In this document: piece by piece, positions 11,301-25,300 of the stretch | Position numbering within the stretch: the first letter of the stretch is position 1 | How the letters are laid out: the number at the start of each line of letters is the position of its first letter | From: Utricularia gibba | Lineage: Eukaryota; Plantae; Magnoliophyta | Length of the DNA: 30,475 nucleotides | Direction of reading: 5' to 3' | Assembly (NCBI GenBank): GCA_002189035.1 | Contig: NEEC01000378.1 | Location: forward strand, 1-30,475 | Translations under genes and position numbers: made by a program | The notes under the pieces: generated by a model | Database searches by the model: none | What the model saw: the letters and a program-made list of their open reading frames with translations, nothing else | Told to the model about the DNA's origin: nothing

Positions 11301-14300
11301 GTAGGCAACACCGAAAACCGAACGTTAATAAATACATCACTTTCTTTGCCGGGCTACAACTTACTTTGGGCCAAGGCCTAAGCTGATCTTTTTCCGGTTC
11401 CAAGTGCACCCAAAGACCGCCTTCTCAAGTATAAAGTAAGTTGTTGAAAAAATCATGTGGGGTGCACGTGACATCATAATTTAAACAAATGGATCATTTT
11501 TTTTAATCGATTTGCATCCAGTTGACCTCATGAGCCATACAGAATCGGGTCAAGGACCAAGTTCCCAGCGAGACTGGCCGCCACAAAACGAGAAGCGGTT
11601 CCTTGAAAAACCATGTAGGCAGCCCCGAAAAACCGAACGATAATAAATACATCACTTTATTTGCCGGACTACAACTAACTCTCGTGCAAGCCAAACCTTA
11701 CCTTTGTCCCGTTCCAGCCAAAGACCGCCTCCTCAAGTATAAAGTAAGTTGTTGAAAAAATCATGTGGGGTGCACGTGATATCGCAATTTAAACAAATGC
11801 AACATTGTATTCATCGATTTGCATCCTTTTGTCCTCATGAGCCATAAAGAATCGCGGGGGACCAAGTTCCTAGCGAGACTGGCCGCCACAAAACGAGAAG
11901 CTGTTCCTTGAAAAACCATGTAGGCAACACCGAAAACCGAACGTTAATAAATACATCACTTTCTTTGCCGGGCTACAACTTACTTTGGGCCAAGGCCTAA
12001 GCTGATCTTTTTCCGGTTCCAAGTGCACCCAAAGACCGCCTTCTCAAGTATAAAGTAAGTTGTTGAAAAAATCATGTGGGGTGCACGTGACATCATAATT
12101 TAAACAAATGGATCATTTTTTTTAATCGATTTGCATCCAGTTGACCTCATGAGCCATACAGAATCGGGGTCAAGGACCAAGTTCCCAGCGAGACTGGCCG
12201 CCACAAAACGAAGCGGTTCCTTGAAAAACCATGTAGGCAGCCCCCGAAAACCGAACGATAATAAATACATCACTTTATTTGCCGGACTACAACTAACTCT
12301 TGCAAGCCAAACCTTACCTTTGTCCCGTTCCAGGTGCACCCAAAGACCGCCTGCTCAAGTATAAAGTAAGTTGTTGAAAAAATCATGTGGGGTGCACGTG
12401 ATATCGCAATTTAAACAAATGCAACATTGTATTCATCGATTTGCATCCTTTTGTCCTCATGAGCCATAAAGAATCGCGGGCCCGGACCAAGTTCCTAGCG
12501 AGACTGGCCGCCACAAAACGAGAAGCTGTTCCTTGAAAAACCATGTAGGCAACACCGAAAACCGAACGTTAATAAATACATCACTTTCTTTGCCGGGCTA
12601 CAACTTACTTTGGGCCAAGGCCTAAGCTGATCTTTTTCCGGTTCCAAGTGCACCCAAAGACCGCCTTCTCAAGTATAAAGTAAGTTGTTGAAAAAATCAT
12701 GTGGGGGTGCACGTGACATCATAATTTAAACAAATGGATCATTTTTTTTAATCGATTTGCATCCAGTTGACCTCATGAGCCATACAGAATCGGGGTCAAG
12801 GACCAAGTTCCCAGCGAGACTGGCCGCCACAAAACGAGAAGCGGTTCCTTGAAAAACCATGTAGGCAGCCCCCGAAAACCGAACGATAATAAATACATCA
12901 CTTTATTTGCCGGACTACAACTAACTCTCGGTGCAAGCCAAACCTTACCTTTGTCCCGTTCCAGGTGCACCCAAAGACCGCCTGCTCAAGTATAAAGTAA
13001 GTTGTTGAAAAAATCATGTGGGGTGCACGTGATATCGCAATTTAAACAAATGCAACATTGTATTCATCGATTTGCATCCTTTTGTCCTCATGAGCCATAA
13101 AGAATCGCGGGCCCGGACCAAGTTCCTAGCGAGACTGGCCGCCACAAAACGAGAAGCTGTTCCTTGAAAAACCATGTAGGCAACACCGAAAACCGAACGT
13201 TAATAAATACATCACTTTCTTTGCCGGGCTACAACTTACTTTGGGCCAAGGCCTAAGCTGATCTTTTTCCGGTTCCAAGTGCACCCAAAGACCGCCTTCT
13301 CAAGTATAAAGTAAGTTGTTGAAAAAATCATGTGGGGTGCACGTGACATCATAATTTAAACAAATGGATCATTTTTTTTTAATCGATTTGCATCCAGTTG
13401 ACCTCATGAGCCATACAGAATCGGGTCAAGGACCAAGTTCCCAGCGAGACTGGCCGCCACAAAACGAGAAGCGGTTCCTTGAAAAACCATGTAGGCAGCC
13501 CCGAAAACCGAACGATAATAAATACATCACTTTATTTGCCGGACTACAACTAACTCTCGGTGCAAGCCAAACCTTACCTTTGTCCCGTTCCAGGTGCACC
13601 CAAAGACCGCCTGCTCAAGTATAAAGTAAGTTGTTGAAAAAATCATGTGGGGTGCACGTGATATCGCAATTTAAACAAATGCAACATTGTATTCATCGAT
13701 TTGCATCCTTTTGTCCTCATGAGCCATAAAGAATCGCGGGCCCGGACCAAGTTCCTAGCGAGACTGGCCGCCACAAAACGAGAAGCTGTTCCTTGAAAAA
13801 CCATGTAGGCAACACCGAAAACCGAACGTTAATAAATACATCACTTTCTTTGCCGGGCTACAACTTACTTTGGGCCAAGGCCTAAGCTGATCTTTTTCCG
13901 GTTCCAAGTGCACCCAAAGACCGCCTTCTCAAGTATAAAGTAAGTTGTTGAAAAAATCATGTGGGGTGCACGTGACATCATAATTTAAACAAATGGATCA
14001 TTTTTTTTAATCGATTTGCATCCAGTTGACCTCATGAGCCATACAGAATCGGGGTCAAGGACCAAGTTCCCAGCGAGACTGGCCGCCACAAAACGAGAAG
14101 CGGTTCCTTGAAAAACCATGTAGGCAGCCCCCGAAAACCGAACGATAATAAATACATCACTTTATTTGCCGGACTACAACTAACTTCAAGCCAAACCTAC
14201 CTTTTTTCCGTTCCAAGTGCACCCCAAGACCGCCTGCTCAAGTATAAAGTAAGTTGTTGAAAAAATCATGTGGGGTGCACGTGATATCGCAATTTAAACA

Positions 14301-17300
14301 AATGCAACATTGTATTCATCGATTTGCATCCTTTTGTCCTCATGAGCCATAAAGAATCGCGGGCCCGGACCAAGTTCCTAGCGAGACTGGCCGCCACAAA
14401 ACGAGAAGCTGTTCCTTGAAAAACCATGTAGGCAACACCGAAAACCGAACGTTAATAAATACATCACTTTCTTTGCCGGGCTACAACTTACTTTGGGCCA
14501 AGGCCTAAGCTGATCTTTTTCCGGTTCCAAGTGCACCCAAAGACCGCCTCTCAAGTATAAAGTAAGTTGAAAAAATCATGTGGGGTGCACGTGACATCAT
14601 AATTTAAACAAATGATCATTTTTTTAATCGATTTGCATCCAGTTGACCTCATGAGCCATACAGAATCGGGTCAAGGACCAAGTTCCCAGCGAGACTGGCC
14701 GCCACAAAACGAGAAGCGGTTCCTTGAAAAACCATGTAGGCAGCCCCCGAAAACCGAACGATAATAAATACATCACTTTATTTGCCGGACTACAACTAAC
14801 TCTCGGTGCAAGCCAAACCTTACCTTTGTCCCGTTCCAGGTGCACCCAAAGACCGCCTGCTCAAGTATAAAGTAAGTTGTTGAAAAAATCATGTGGGGTG
14901 CACGTGATATCGCAATTTAAACAAATGCAACATTGTATTCATCGATTTGCATCCTTTTGTCCTCATGAGCCATAAAGAATCGCGGGCCCGGACCAAGTTC
15001 CTAGCGAGACTGGCCGCCACAAAACGAGAAGCTGTTCCTTGAAAAACCATGTAGGCAACACCGAAAACCGAACGTTAATAAATACATCACTTTCTTTGCC
15101 GGGCTACAACTTACTTTGGGCCAAGGCCTAAGCTGATCTTTTTCCGGTTCCAAGTGCACCCAAGACCGCCTTCTCAAGTATAAAGTAAGTTGTTGAAAAA
15201 ATCATGTGGGTGCACGTGACATCATAATTTAAACAAATGGATCATTTTTTTTAATCGATTTGCATCCAGTTGACCTCATGAGCCATACAGAATCGGGTCA
15301 AGGACCAAGTTCCCAGCGAGACTGGCCGCCACAAACGAGAAGCGGTTCCTTGAAAAACCATGTAGGCAGCCCCCGAAAACCGAACGATAATAAATACATC
15401 ACTTTATTTGCCGGACTACAACTAACTCTCGTGCAAGCCAAACCTTACCTTTGTCCCGTTCCAGGTGCACCCAAAGACCGCCTGCTCAAGTATAAAGTAA
15501 GTTGTTGAAAAAATCATGTGGGGTGCACGTGATATCGCAATTTAAACAAATGCAACATTGTATTCATCGATTTGCATCCTTTTGTCCTCATGAGCCATAA
15601 AGAATCGGGCCCGGACCAAGTTCCTAGCGAGACTGGCCGCCACAAAACGAGAAGCTGTTCCTTGAAAAACCATGTAGGCAACACCGAAAACCGAACGTTA
15701 ATAAATACATCACTTTCTTTGCCGGGCTACAACTTACTTTGGGCCAAGGCCTAAGCTGATCTTTTTCCGGTTCCAAGTGCACCCAAAGACCGCCTTCTCA
15801 AGTATAAAGTAAGTTGTTGAAAAAATCATGTGGGGTGCACGTGACATCATAATTTAAACAAATGGATCATTTTTTTAATCGATTTGCATCCAGTTGACCT
15901 CATGAGCCATACAGAATCGGGGTCAAGGACCAAGTTCCCAGCGAGACTGGCCGCCACAAAACGAGAAGCGGTTCCTTGAAAAACCATGTAGGCAGCCCCC
16001 GAAAACCGAACGATAATAAATACATCACTTTATTTGCCGGACTACAACTAACTCTTGCAAGCCAAACCTTACCTTTGTCCCGTTCCAGGTGCACCCAAAG
16101 ACCCCTGCTCAAGTATAAAGTAAGTTGTTGAAAAAATCATGTGGGGTGCACGTGATATCGCAATTTAAACAAATGCAACATTGTTTCATCGATTTGCATC
16201 CTTTTGTCCTCATGAGCCATAAAGAATCGCGGGCCCGGACCAAGTTCCTAGCGAGACTGGCCGCCACAAAACGAGAAGCTGTTCCTTGAAAAACCATGTA
16301 GGCAACACCGAAAACCGAACGTTAATAAATACATCACTTTCTTTGCCGGGCTACAACTTACTTTGGGCCAAGGCCTAAGCTGATCTTTTTCCGGTTCCAA
16401 GTGCACCCAAAGACCGCCTTCTCAAGTATAAAGTAAGTTGTTGAAAAAATCATGGGGTGCACGTGACATCATAATTTAAACAAATGGATCATTTTTTTTA
16501 ATCGATTTGCATCCAGTTGACCTCATGAGCCATACAGAATCGGGGTCAAGGACCAAGTTCCCAGCGAGACTGGCCGCCACAAAACGAGAAGCGGTTCCTT
16601 GAAAAACCATGTAGGCAGCCCCCGAAAACCGAACGATAATAAATACATCACTTTATTTGCCGGACTACAACTAACTCTCGGTGCAAGCCAAACCTTACCT
16701 TTGTCCCGTTCCAGGTGCACCCCCAAGACCGCCTGCTCAAGTATAAAGTAAGTTGTTGAAAAAATCATGTGGGGTGCACGTGATATCGCAATTTAAACAA
16801 ATGCAACATTGTATTCATCGATTTGCATCCTTTTGTCCTCATGAGCCATAAAGAATCGCGGGCCCGGACCAAGTTCCTAGCGAGACTGGCCGCCACAAAA
16901 CGAGAAGCTGTTCCTTGAAAAACCATGTAGGCAACACCGAAAACCGAACGTTAATAAATACATCACTTTCTTTGCCGGGCTACAACTTACTTTGGGCCAA
17001 GGCCTAAGCTGATCTTTTTCCGGTTCCAAGTGCACCCAAAGACCGCCTTCTCAAGTATAAAGTAAGTTGTTGAAAAAATCATGTGGGTGCACGTGACATC
17101 ATAATTTAAACAAATGGATCATTTTTTTTAATCGATTTGCATCCAGTTGACCTCATGAGCCATACAGAATCGGGGTCAAGGACCAAGTTCCCAGCGAGAC
17201 TGGCCGCCACAAAACGAGAAGCGGTTCCTTGAAAAACCATGTAGGCAGCCCCCGAAAACCGAACGATAATAAATACATCACTTTATTTGCCGGACTACAA

Positions 17301-20300
17301 CTAACTCTCGTGCAAGCCAAACCTTACCTTTGTCCCGTTCCAGTGCACCCAAAGACCGCCTGCTCAAGTATAAAGTAAGTTGTTGAAAAAATCATGTGGG
17401 GTGCACGTGATATCGCAATTTAAACAAATGCAACATTGTATTCATCGATTTGCATCCTTTTGTCCTCATGAGCCATAAAGAATCGCGGGCCCGGACCAAG
17501 TTCCTAGCGAGACTGGCCGCCACAAAACGAGAAGCTGTTCCTTGAAAAACCATGTAGGCAACACCGAAAACCGAACGTTAATAAATACATCACTTTCTTT
17601 GCCGGGCTACAACTTACTTTGGGCCAAGGCCTAAGCTGATCTTTTTCCGGTTCCAAGTGCACCCAAAGACCGCCTTCTCAAGTATAAAGTAAGTTGTTGA
17701 AAAAATCATGTGGGGTGCACGTGACATCATAATTTAAACAAATGGATCATTTTTTTTTAATCGATTTGCATCCAGTTGACCTCATGAGCCATACAGAATC
17801 GGGTCAAGGACCAAGTTCCCAGCGAGACTGGCCGCCACAAAACGAGAAGCGGTTCCTTGAAAAACCATGTAGGCAGCCCCCGAAAACCGAACGATAATAA
17901 ATACATCACTTTATTTGCCGGACTACAACTAACTCTCGTGCAAGCCAAACCTTACCTTTGTCCGTTCCAGGTGCACCCAAAGACCGCCTGCTCAAGTATA
18001 AAGTAAGTTGTTGAAAAAATCATGTGGGGTGCACGTGATATCGCAATTTAAACAAATGCAACATTGTATTCATCGATTTGCATCCTTTTGTCCTCATGAG
18101 CCATAAAGAAGACCAAGTTCCTAGCGAGACTGGCCGCCACAAAACGAGAAGCTGTTCCTTGAAAAACCATGTAGGCAACACCAAACCGAACGTTAATAAA
18201 TACATCACTTTCTTTGCCGGGCTACAACTTACTTTGGGCCAAGGCCTAAGCTGATCTTTTTCCGGTTCCAAGTGCACCCAAAGACCGCCTTCTCAAGTAT
18301 AAAGTAAGTTGTTGAAAAAATCATGTGGGTGCACGTGACATCATAATTTAAACAAATGGATCATTTTTTTTAATCGATTTGCATCCAGTTGACCTCATGA
18401 GCCATACAGAATCGGGGAAGGACCAAGTTCCCAGCGAGACTGGCCGCCACAAAACGAGAAGCGGTTCCTTGAAAAACCATGTAGGCAGCCCCCGAAAACC
18501 GAACGATAATAAATACATCACTTTATTTGCCGGACTACAACTAACTTTCGGCAAAACCTACCTTTTTCCCGTTCCAAGTGCACCCAAAGACCGCCTGCTC
18601 AAGTATAAAGTAAGTTGTTAAAAAAATCATGTGGGGTGCACGTGATATCGCAATTTAAACAAATGTCGATTTGCATCCTTTTTCCTCATGAGCCATAAAG
18701 AATCGCGGGCCCGGACCAAGTTCCTAGCGAGACTGGCCGCCACAAAACGAGAAGCTGTTCCTTGAAAAACCATGTAGGCAACACCGAAAACCGAACGTTA
18801 ATAAATACATCACTTTCTTTGCCGGGCTACAACTTACTTTGGGCCAAGGCCTAAGCTGATCTTTTTCCGGTTCCAAGTGCACCCAAAGACCGCCTTCTCA
18901 AGTATAAAGTAAGTTGTTGAAAAAATCATGTGGGTGCACGTGACATCATAATTTAAACAAATGGATCATTTTTTTTAATCGATTTGCATCCAGTTGACCT
19001 CATGAGCCATACAGAATCGGGGTCAAGGACCAAGTTCCCAGCGAGACTGGCCGCCACAAAACGAGAAGCGGTTCCTTGAAAAACCATGTAGGCAGCCCCC
19101 GAAAACCGAACGATAATAAATACATCACTTTATTTGCCGGACTACAACTAACTCTCGGTGCAAGCCAAACCTTACCTTTGTCCCGTTCCAGGTGCACCCA
19201 AAGACCGCCTGCTCAAGTATAAAGTAAGTTGTTGAAAAAAATCATGTGGGGTGCACGTGATATCGCAATTTAAACAAATGCAACATTGTATTCATCGATT
19301 TGCATCCTTTTGTCCTCATGAGCCATAAAGAATCGCGGGCCCGGACCAAGTTCCTAGCGAGACTGGCCGCCACAAAACGAGAAGCTGTTCCAAAAACCAT
19401 GTAGGCAACACGAAAACCGAACGTTAATAAATACATCACTTTCTTTGCCGGGCTACAACTTACTTTGGGCCAAGGCCTAAGCTGATCTTTTTCCGGTTCC
19501 AAGTGCACCCAAAGACCGCCTTCTCAAGTATAAAGTAAGTTGTTGAAAAAATCATGTGGGTGCACGTGACATCATAATTTAAACAAATGGATCATTTTTT
19601 TTAATCGATTTGCATCCAGTTGACCTCATGAGCCATACAGAATCGGGGTCAAGGACCAAGTTCCCAGCGAGACTGGCCGCCACAAAACGAGAAGCGGTTC
19701 CTTGAAAAACCATGTAGGCAGCCCCCGAAAACCGAACGATAATAAATACATCACTTTATTTGCCGGACTACAACTAACTCTCGGTGCAAGCCAAACCTTA
19801 CCTTTGTCCCGTTCCAGGTGCACCCAAAGACCGCCTGCTCAAGTATAAAGTAAGTTGTTGAAAAAATCATGTGGGGTGCACGTGATATCGCAATTTAAAC
19901 AAATGCAACATTGTATTCATCGATTTGCATCCTTTTGTCCTCATGAGCCATAAAGAATCGCGGGCCCGGACCAAGTTCCTAGCGAGACTGGCCGCCACAA
20001 AACGAGAAGCTGTTCCTTGAAAAACCATGTAGGCAACACCGAAAACCGAACGTTAATAAATACATCACTTTCTTTGCCGGGCTACAACTTACTTTGGGCC
20101 AAGGCCTAAGCTGATCTTTTTCCGGTTCCAAGTGCCCAAAGACCGCCTTCTCAAGTATAAAGTAAGTTGTTGAAAAAATCATGTGGGGTGCACGTGACAT
20201 CATAATTTAAACAAATGATCATTTTTTTTAATCGATTTGCATCCAGTTGACCTCATGAGCCATACAGAATCGGGTCAAGGACCAAGTTCCCAGCGAGACT

Positions 20301-22183
20301 GGCCGCCACAAAACGAGAAGCGGTTCCTTGAAAAACCATGTAGGCAGCCCCCGAAAACCGAACGATAATAAATACATCACTTTATTTGCCGGACTACAAC
20401 TAACTCTCGTGCAAGCCAAACCTTACCTTTGTCCCGTTCCAGGTGCACCCAAAGACCGCCTTCTCAAGTATAAAGTAAGTTGTTGAAAAAATCATGTGGG
20501 GTGCACGTGATATCGCAATTTAAACAAATGCAACATTGTATTCATCGATTTGCATCCTTTTGTCCTCATGAGCCATAAAGAATCGCGGGCCCGGACCAAG
20601 TTCCTAGCGAGACTGGCCGCCACAAAACGAGAAGCTGTTCCTTGAAAAACCATGTAGGCAACACCGAAAACCGAACGTTAATAAATACATCACTTTCTTT
20701 GCCGGGCTACAACTTACTTTGGGCCAAGGCCTAAGCTGATCTTTTTCCGGTTCCAAGTGCACCCAAAGACCGCCTTCTCAAGTATAAAGTAAGTTGTTGA
20801 AAAAATCATGTGGGGTGCACGTGACATCATAATTTAAACAAATGGATCATTTTTTTTAATCGATTTGCATCCAGTTGACCTCATGAGCCATACAGAATCG
20901 GGGTCAAGGACCAAGTTCCCAGCGAGACTGGCCGCCACAAAACGAGAAGCGGTTCCTTGAAAAACCATGTAGGCAGCCCCCGAAAACCGAACGATAATAA
21001 ATACATCACTTTATTTGCCGGACTACAACTTACTTGGGCAAGCCTAACCTACCTTTTTCCGTTCCAAGTGCCCCCCAAAGACCGCCTCCTCAAGTATAAA
21101 GTAATGTTGTTAAAAAAATCATGTGGGGTGCACGTGATATCGCAATTTAAACAAATGACATTTTTTTTTAATCGATTTGCATCCTTTTGTCCTCATGAGC
21201 CATAAAGAATCGCGGGCCCGGACCAAGTTCCTAGCGAGACTGGCCGCCACAAAACGAGAAGCTGTTCCTTGAAAAACCATGTAGGCAACACCGAAAACCG
21301 AACGTTAATAAATACATCACTTTCTTTGCCGGGCTACAACTTACTTTGGGCCAAGGCCTAAGCTGATCTTTTTCCGGTTCCAAGTGCACCCAAAGACCGC
21401 CTTCTCAAGTATAAAGTAAGTTGTTGAAAAAATCATGTGGGGTGCACGTGACATCATAATTTAAACAAATGGATCATTTTTTTTAATCGATTTGCATCCA
21501 GTTGACCTCATGAGCCATACAGAATCGGGGTCAAGGACCAAGTTCCCAGCGAGACTGGCCGCCACAAAACGAGAAGCGGTTCCTTGAAAAACCATGTAGG
21601 CAGCCCCCGAAAACCGAACGATAATAAATACATCACTTTATTTGCCGGACTACAACTTACTTTGGGCCAAGCCTAAGCTACCTTTTCCGGTTCCAAGTGC
21701 CCCCCAAGACCGCCTGCTCAAGTATAAAGTAAGTTGTTTAAAAAAATCATGTGGGGTGCACGTGATATCGCAATTTAAACAAATGCACATTGTTTCATCG
21801 ATTTGCATCCTTTTGTCCTCATGAGCCATAAAGAATCGCGGGCCCGGACCAAGTTCCTAGCGAGACTGGCCGCCACAAAACGAGAAGCTGTTCCTTGAAA
21901 AACCATGTAGGCAACACCGAAAACCGAACGTTAATAAATACATCACTTTCTTTGCCGGGCTACAACTTACTTTGGGCCAAGGCCTAAGCTGATCTTTTTC
22001 CGGTTCCAAGTGCCCCCAAAGACCGCCTCCTCAAGTATAAAGTAGTTGTTAAAAAAATCATGTGGGGTGCACGTGACATCATAATTTAAACAAATGATCA
22101 TTTTTTTTAATCGATTTGCATCCAGTTGACCTCATGAGCCATACAGAATCGGGTCAAGGACCAAGTTCCCAGCGAGACTGGCC

Positions 22184-22382
22184 GCCACAAAACGAGAAGC
22201 GGTTCCTTGAAAAACCATGTAGGCAGCCCCCGAAAACCGAACGATAATAAATACATCACTTTATTTGCCGGACTACAACTAACTCTCGCCACAAAACGAG
22301 AAGCGGTTCCTTGAAAAACCATGTAGGCAGCCCCGAAAACCGAACGATAATAAATACATCACTTTATTTGCCGGACTACAAC
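22184..22382. repeat. Out-of-register junction: ~104-bp internal duplication of the B body (or ~0.5-kb deletion)
   Basis: B tail ...CTACAACTAACTCTCG joins directly to CCACAAAACGAGAAGCGG. GCCACAAAAC occurs at 22184 and again at 22288. Confidence 0.85.
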
Positions 22383-25300
22383 TTACTTTGGGCAAGGCCA
22401 AGCTGATTTTCCGGTTCCAGTGCCCCAAGACCGCCTCCTCAAGTATAAAGTAAGTTTTAAAAAAAATCATGTGGGGTGCACGTGATATCGTAATTTAAAC
22501 AAATGCAACATAATCGATTTGCATCCTTTGACCTCATGAGCCATAAAGAATCGCGGGCCCGGACCAAGTTCCTAGCGAGACTGGCGCCACAAAACGAGAA
22601 GCTGTTCCTTGAAAAACCATGTAGGCAACACCGAAAACCGAACGTTAATAAATACATCACTTTCTTTGCCGGGCTACAACTTACTTTGGGCCAAGGCCTA
22701 AGCTGATCTTTTTCCCGGTTCCAAGTGCCCCAAAGACCGCCTTCTCAAGTATAAAGTAAGTTGTTGAAAAAATCATGTGGGGTGCACGTGACATCATAAT
22801 TTAAACAAATGGATCATTTTTTTTAATCGATTTGCATCCAGTTGACCTCATGAGCCATACAGAATCGGGGTCAAGGACCAAGTTCCCAGCGAGACTGGCC
22901 GCCAAAACGAGAAGCGGTTCCTTGAAAAACCATGTAGGCAGCCCCGAAAACCGAACGATAATAAATACATCACTTTATTTGCCGGACTACAACTTACTTT
23001 GGGCAAGGCCTAAGCTGACCTTTTTCCGTCCAAGTGCCCCCAAGACCGCCTCCTCATGTATAAAGTATGTTCTTAAAAAAAATCATGTGGGGTGCACGTG
23101 ATATCGTAATTTAAACAAATGCAACATTTTTTTCATCGATTTGCATCCTTTGACCTCATGAGCCATAAAGAATCGCGGGCCCGGACCAAGTTCCTAGCGA
23201 GACTGGCCGCCACAAAACGAGAAGCTGTTCCTTGAAAAACCATGTAGGCAACACCGAAAACCGAACGTTAATAAATACATCACTTTCTTTGCCGGGCTAC
23301 AACTTACTTTGGGCCAAGGCCTAAGCTGACCTTTTTCCGGTTCCAAGTGCCCCCAAAGACCGCCTCCTCATGTATAAAGTAAGTTGTTAAAAAAATCATG
23401 TGGGGTGCACGTGACATCGTAATTTAAACAAATGCATCATTTTTTTAATCGATTTGCATCCAGTTGACCTCATGAGCCATACAGAATCGGGGTCAAGGAC
23501 CAAGTTCCCAGCGAGACTGGCCGCCACAAAAACGAGAAGCGGTTCCTTGAAAAACCATGTAGGCAGCCCCCGAAAACCGAACGATAATAAATACATCACT
23601 TTATTTGCCGGACTACAACTACTCTTGCAAGCCAAACCTTACCTTTGTCCGTTCCAGGTGCACCCAAGACCGCCTGCTCAAGTATAAAGTAAGTTGTTGA
23701 AAAAATCATGTGGGGTGCACGTGATATCGCAATTTAAACAAATGCAACATTGTATTCATCGATTTGCATCCTTTGACCTCATGAGCCATAAAGAATCGCG
23801 GGCCCGGACCAAGTTCCTAGCGAGACTGGCCGCCACAAAACGAGAAGCTGTTCCTTGAAAAACCATGTAGGCAACACCGAAAACCGAACGTTAATAAATA
23901 CATCACTTTCTTTGCCGGGCTACAACTTACTTTGGGCCAAGGCCTAAGCTGACCTTTTTCCGGTTCCAAGTGCCCCAAGACCGCCTCCTCATGTATAAAG
24001 TATGTTGTTAAAAAAATCATGTGGGGTGCACGTGACATCGTAATTTAAACAAATGCATCATTTTTTTTAATCGATTTGCATCCAGTTGACCTCATGAGCC
24101 ATACAGAATCGGGGTCAGGACCAAGTTCCCAGCGAGACTGGCCGCCACAAAACGAGAAGCGGTTCCTTGAAAAACCATGTAGGCAGCCCCCGAAAACCGA
24201 ACGATAATAAATACATCACTTTATTTGCCGGACTACAACTTACTTTGGGCCAAGGCCTAAGCTGACCTTTTTCCGGTCCAAGTGCCCCCCAAGACCGCCT
24301 CCTCATGTATAAAGTATGTTGTTAAAAAAAATCATGTGGGGTGCACGTGAGATCGTAATTTAAACAAATGTATCATTTTTTTTAATCGATTTGCATCCAT
24401 TTGACCTCATGAGCCATAAAGAATCGCGGGCCCGGACCAAGTTCCTAGCGAGACTGGCCGCCACAAAACGAGAAGCTGTTCCTTGAAAAACCATGTAGGC
24501 AACCCGAAAACCGAACGTTAATAAATACATCACTTTTTGCCGGCTACAACTTACTTTGGGCAAGGCCAAATGATCTTTTTCCGTTCCAAGTGCACCCAAA
24601 GACCGCCTCTCAAGTATAAAGTAAGTTGTTGAAAAAATCATGTGGGGTGCACGTGATATCGCAATTTAAACAAATGCATCATTTATTCATCGATTTGCAT
24701 CCTTTTGACCTCATGAGCCATAAGAATCGGGGGGACCAAGTTCCAGCGAGACTGGCCGCCACAAAACGAGAAGCTGTTCCTTGAAAAACCATGTAGGCAA
24801 CCCGAAAACCGAACGTTAATAATACATCACTTTTTGCCGGGCTACAACTTACTTTGGGCCAAGGCCTAAGCTGATCTTTTTCCGGTTCCAAGTGCACCCA
24901 AAGACCGCCTTCTCAAGTATAAAGTAAGTTGTTGAAAAAAATCATGTGGGGTGCACGTGACATCATAATTTAAACAAATGGATCATTTTTTTTAATCGAT
25001 TTGCATCCAGTTGACCTCATGAGCCATACAGAATCGGGGTCGGGACCAAGTTCCCAGCGAGACTGGCCGCCACAAAACGAGAAGCGGTTCCTTGAAAAAA
25101 CCATGTAGGCAGCCCAAAACCGAACGATAATAAATACATCACTTTATTTGCCGGACTACAACTTACTTTGGGCCAAGGCCTAAGCTGACCTTTTTCCGGT
25201 CCAAGTGCCCCCCAAGACCGCCTCCTCATGTATAAAGTATGTTGTTAAAAAAATCATGTGGGTGCACGTGACATCGTAATTTAAACAAATGCATCATTTT

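Larger units (their letters stand above)
1..22287. repeat. Left domain: (AB)n dimeric higher-order repeat, ~630-bp period
   Basis: A-head GATATC at 61, 689, 1314 ... 12400, 13031, 13660, 14283, 14906 gives spacings of 623-631 bp. A/B alternation is strict except at ~5976-6579 (B,B) and ~8064-8358 (degraded unit followed by B). Confidence 0.93.
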
